A stretch of 52,413 bases of DNA, filler included, from Jimgerdemannia flammicorona (lineage: Eukaryota): assembly GCA_003990765.1 (NCBI GenBank). It is 2 parts of 2 records of this genome, joined end to end, with 100 filler letters (N's around TTAATTAATTAA, not from the genome) between each part and the next. Parts side by side here need not be neighbours in the genome. Positions count along the whole stretch, not along the records: positions 26,259 to 52,413 come from RBNJ01000755.1; 1 more part is not named here. One strand, written 5' to 3'. Made by a program: the position numbers and the translations under genes. The notes beneath the pieces are model-generated. The model ran no database searches. It saw only the letters and a program-made list of their open reading frames with translations, and was not told the origin of the DNA. Below are positions 47,915 to 52,413 of this stretch, piece by piece. How positions within the stretch are numbered: the first letter of the stretch is position 1; each line of letters opens with the position of its first letter.

Positions 47915-50900
47915 GGATCTTTCACCAGTCACATTCAGGTGACACAAGACTCAGATAACACTTTTCACAACATTTTTGGTAAAAGGAGACTATCAACATA
48001 GACAGCAATGAATGTACTAGTGAGTATGTCAGCCAGGGAAGCAGCAGTGCCCTTGACTGGCAACATGTCAAGAGGAGACAGGGAGATGGTTTGGGGATAC
48101 TAGAGCCTTCTATGGTTGGTTGCAGCATTGGTGGAGAGAGGGGCAGATTGAGACAACAAGGAGGGGGGAGGATGATCTTTGCTGACAAGGTCAAGATGGA
48201 GAGAATGGCATCTGGTCTGGATAGTTGGTTGGGACTGGGAAAAGTGTCAACAGCTGCAGTTGGGGGACAGAGAGGGGCTCCCATGGGAGAGTCAGACAGT
48301 AGGGGAGGGGGGGAGTAGAGGCTGGAGATGTAACTGCTGATGGAGCTGTGACTGGGAATCTGAAAAAAAAATCCAGATATGATAGTTGTTGGTAGATCAG
48401 GACAGGAGAAGAGCATGAGGCCTGGAGACCTGGCAGATGGTATGACTTTTATGGTGTCAGTACCATTACTCAAAAAGTCACAGTCAGAATTCATCATCAC
48501 ATTGTGCTTCCGAGGCTTAGCAGTGACTATAAGGATGATTCTATTGTTGGTGGTGCAGGAGGTGAAGGGGGTGGCTTCAGTGAAGTTCTTGAAGAGGAAA
48601 GAAGGGGTCAAGGTTGGGTTTAAGGAAGAGGTGTTGTTGTTGGAGGCCATGAAGAAGAGGGTAGTAGTGGGTGAAGTAGTAGTTCCTATGGCCAGGTGTA
48701 TGTACTGGGACTCCTGAGTGGTGCATTTGACAGTGTTGGATTTTCCTATAATGTCATGGGAGAGGGCCAGGGAGCTGATTGTAGAGGTGGTCAAGGAGTA
48801 TGGGGAGATTGTGGACATTGGGTTCAGAGTTTGAGAGAGTACTGAACTCTGGATAGGAGATATTAACATCAGGGTGAGACTGGCTGGAAGAGTGAATATA
48901 GGGAAGACAAGGGACTGGCCTGCTACTCTTAAGTGGAGACAAGTTGAGTGCAAGGTCTCACAGATAAAAGGGACACCAGAGGAATAGAAGTACTTGCTGG
49001 AGGCTCTTGAGGATCTGGCCAGAGTAGTTGAGAGGAGGAGACTGGCTTGGAAGAAGTATGAGGCCAAGATGGTGGTAGAGATCATGGATGGAAAGAGGAT
49101 CAGGATGGATAAGGGGATCTGGGAGAAGATGCAGGGGAGGCGAATCCAGAAGAAGTTGTTGGAGAAGCTGAGAGGGGGTGTAGCAGATAGCGAGACAGGA
49201 GAAGATAGTGCTGGACTGAGAGAGAGTGCCTGGGCTGAGGAGCATAGGATGGCTCAGAATGCAGCCCAGGGTGGATCAAACATGGAGAAACTGGGCAGCA
49301 TAGTGGAGGATGCAGAAATGGGAGAGAAAGTATACCCTCAGTATGGTGTCCCAAGTGGGGCAGCAGGGGAGGAGGAACTACTGGACATACTAAAGGAGGA
49401 GTGGGATGAGTTGGGGAGGAGGAGCACTTTGGTGGGCCCTGTGGTTGGGGTTGAGAAAGTTGCCCAGGGTGTTACTGAGGCAGTGGATGAAGAGAAGTGG
49501 CTATGGAAGACTCTAGAGGGGGTGGCAGCTGAGGAGTTAGGGGGAGAGGACTTCTGGGTACTAAGAGATAGGCATTGGGAGAAAATTCTTTATGGGGAGG
49601 AGGTGCCAAGGAAGATTAGGAATGAGATCTGGTGGTGCTCTTGGAGTTGGAGGAATATCAAGTTGATGATCAGAGAGAGGAGGCTCATTGGGAGATTATA
49701 AATGACCAGGTGGCATACTTGTGGAGTTTGAGGAAGGGGTTGGAGAAGTGGAGAGTAGTATGCACAGATTATTGGATAGAAATGGAGGTTGTGGATTGGG
49801 TGGAGTGTCAGGAAATCTTGGAAGCACTGGATGCTCAGGCTGTAGCAGAGGATGAGTTAAAGGCAGAGCAGTATGTAGATCTGGCTGGTGATGGATGAGT
49901 ATAGAATTCTAGACTGGGCCCTCAATATCAAATATTTTTCAATATGAATAGTATAACTAGAATCTTTTCTTTGAACTTGAATGGGTTGAGGGGAGCAGTA
50001 TAGTGAAGGAATATCTTTGGCTGGCTGAGGGGACTGGATGTAGATCTCTTCTTACTACAGGATGTATGATATGAGATAGACATGGACTTACAGGACTGGA
50101 CTAGAGAATGGGGTAGAGCAACTGTGTGGACTGGGCAAGTGGGCATTCTGGTTTGAAAGGAGATGGGGGACATTGGGGACATTGGACATTTGGGGAGTAG
50201 GTTGGTGTGGAGAGTATGGAAGAGGCCTGGGTAGAACTCTTTGACTGTTGGGTTGTGTTATTGCCTGGCTGAGAGGGGGGAATTCATAGATTGGATCAGA
50301 GACCTGAGAGAGGCTGGTGTTAAGGGTGAGGCAGAGATTGTTGCCTGGGGGATAATTTCAACATAGTACATAATAATGAGATAGACAGAACTAATGGTAG
50401 GAGAGAAATGAGTGGCAGAAGTGGTGGGTTGGATGATTGGATGACGATTGAGAGGTTTAGCTCCTTGGTTGACTTGGGGTGACAGTTTTGGGTGGATTGC
50501 TGAATTTATACCCACTGAGTAGCAGGGCTGGACTCCAGGATTGACTGGGTATTGATGGCAGAGTGCTGGAGAGTGGATGTCTAGAACATACTGAAGGTGG
50601 TTTGGTGCCTATGGTTGGATCACTGGGGTCTGATTGGGAGTGGGAGATTTGGGGGAAGTGGGGATGGGCCCAGACATTGGTGACTGAATTCTTCTTTGCT
50701 GAAGGATGGTTCCTTATGGACAGATAGAGAGGTGGAAGTTATTGAGAAGATTGGTAGGTGGTAGGAGCAGGGATTGGTGATTGAAGATCACTGGTTGCAG
50801 CTGAAATCAAGTGCTCAGAGGTACTGGAGGGAGGCAGGAAAAGAAAGGAGTACTCAGCAGTAGTGGCAAGTGCAATGGGCTTTACAGAGATTGGCAGCAC

Positions 50901-52413
50901 TTCTGGAGAGATGGGTGGGATTGCTGGAGGATTGGGGGGCAGCTAATTGGCGAATTCTGTGGATATAAAAGGAAGTAGATAAGCTAAAGGAAGTGCTATG
51001 AATGGAGGAAGAGGTTCAGCTGAAGGGGATGGTAGTGAGGTTGAAGTAGCAGGGGTTGGAGGAGGGGGAGAGGCCCACTAGATTTCTTTCACAGTTGCTA
51101 CAAGTTCGGAGGACCAGACAGTAGTGGGAGGGTATTTTGGATGAGGATAGAGAGATGGTGACAGGGACTCCTAAGATTCTGGAATTGCTGAGGACTCGCT
51201 GGGGGAATTTATGGAGTGAGGAAGAAGGGGGTGAGGATTTCCTGAACATTGAACAGCAGTTGGAGAATTGGCATCTGGACCCAGCTCTGGGCCTGGGGAC
51301 ACTGGGAGATCTAGTGTGGGGGGAGGAAGTATGCAAGGTCTTGGCTTCAACAAGCAAGAGGACAGCTCTAGGAGAGGATAGACTTTCCTGGGATTTTTGG
51401 AAGAAGATGGCTGGGGTAGAGATAGTATTGGAGGAGATGATGGAGATGAGTGGTGAGGTCCTTTAGTCTGGAACTTAGATTGGGAACCAGTGCCTAGAGC
51501 TGGTCTCCTTGCTCTATAAGGATAAGAGGAGAAGAGAAGATTGGAAGAACTGGCAACTGATCATACTCCTCAACATGAACTACAAGCTGGTAATAAAGAT
51601 CTTGGTGACTAGGCTATAGGGGATCACTCAGCAGGTACTAGGAGTTGAGCAGAGGGGATTTGTTGGTGGTCAGTTGATCTGAGATGGAACTGCCTGAGTT
51701 CATGTGGTGATTGAAGGGGCTTGGGCAGCTGGAGTGGATGGCCAGTTAGTGTTTCTGGATCAGGAGAAGGCATATGCCAGGGTGAGGAGAGTCTGGCTAG
51801 AGAGAGAGCTGAAATGTGTTGGAGTTCCCCCAGCATTCAGGAGGTCATTAATCAGTTTATTGGAGGACAGTCAAGCAGCATTAATAATAAATGGGTACAG
51901 AGGTGTGACTTTTCTGCTAGGTTGTGGAGTGCTGCAAGGGGATCCTTTGTCACCCATCCTATATGCCCTTTCCTTGGAGCCCCTACTGGATAGGATTCAG
52001 TGTTGAATTGGGGGTTTGGATATTTTGGGGATAAACTGGAAGATTGGGGCTTTTGTGGATAATATGGTGGTTGGACTGGATTCATTAGTGGATGTGGAGG
52101 AATTAAGAAGAACAGTGGAATAGTATGAGAGGGGCTCAGGTGCTTGACTCAACTGGCACAAATGTGAGACTCTGGTGCTAGGCAGCAGAATAGTTGGTGG
52201 TGATGTAATTGTAACAGTAGTTCTAGCTGGTGAACTGGTCTGGTACTTGGGGATATACTTTTTAGTTTATAGGTCCCTTCTGCCCTGTGTATGATAGAAA
52301 TAGCAGCTACTAGTATGAGGGAATATTCTCTTGAGATGGGGTGGTTGGCATATATTCTTGGCAGGAAGGATGATGGTGCTGAATGTGTATTGGCTGCCAA
52401 AGCTATAGTTTTT
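47915..52413 (+). mobile_element. Third L1/Tx1-like LINE (ORF1 ~48000-49900; ORF2 from 49944), decayed, running off the window end
   Basis: ORF1 VASVKFLKRKEGVKVGF; ORF2 SLNLNG, LLQDV, FLDQEKAY, GVLQGDPLSPILYALSLEP, AFVDN (decayed FADD); many TAG/TGA. Confidence 0.9.

Noticed and set aside
47922..49085. 387-aa minus-strand ORF (and similar antisense ORFs at 28702-30669, 36444-36899, 43032-43601)
   Set aside because: Antisense shadows of strand-biased TE coding sequence; the recognisable motifs are on the opposite strand.

Overview
Eukaryotic, intron-containing DNA, most likely fungal; intron sizes and TE content suggest an early-diverging (Mucoromycota-like) lineage, but this is inference. 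A synthetic 100-nt spacer (44 N + TTAATTAATTAA + 44 N, 26159-26258) splits the window, so adjacency across it is unproven. The left half holds a ~7.5-7.9 kb tandem duplication (203-8097 and 8487-15950) of a head-to-head two-gene module. The + gene is a 10-exon atypical Hsp70 (HSPA12-like) with a MIDAS-type VWA domain inserted inside its C-terminal beta-domain. The - gene is a 2-exon coiled-coil protein whose C-terminus has a GrpE/Mieap-like motif pattern. The paralogues differ sharply in specific exon patches while neighbouring introns stay close (intron 1: 7/114 differences), and Hsp70-VWA copy 1 has a 1-nt frameshift. This module is the best candidate for an undescribed system. It is followed by a TGACA-rich minisatellite, an extremely AT-rich block and a TALE homeobox gene with a reading-frame break. 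The right half is a nest of decayed, CpG-depleted retroelements: three L1/Tx1-like LINEs (one full length with a 15-bp TSD and poly-A), a chromovirus remnant, LTR fragments, and a near-complete Ty3/Gypsy element with a dUTPase, a Zn-cluster-like insert, an extra 3' ORF and a CpG-retaining island in its 5' LTR. All gene models and alignments were done by eye; no searches were run.
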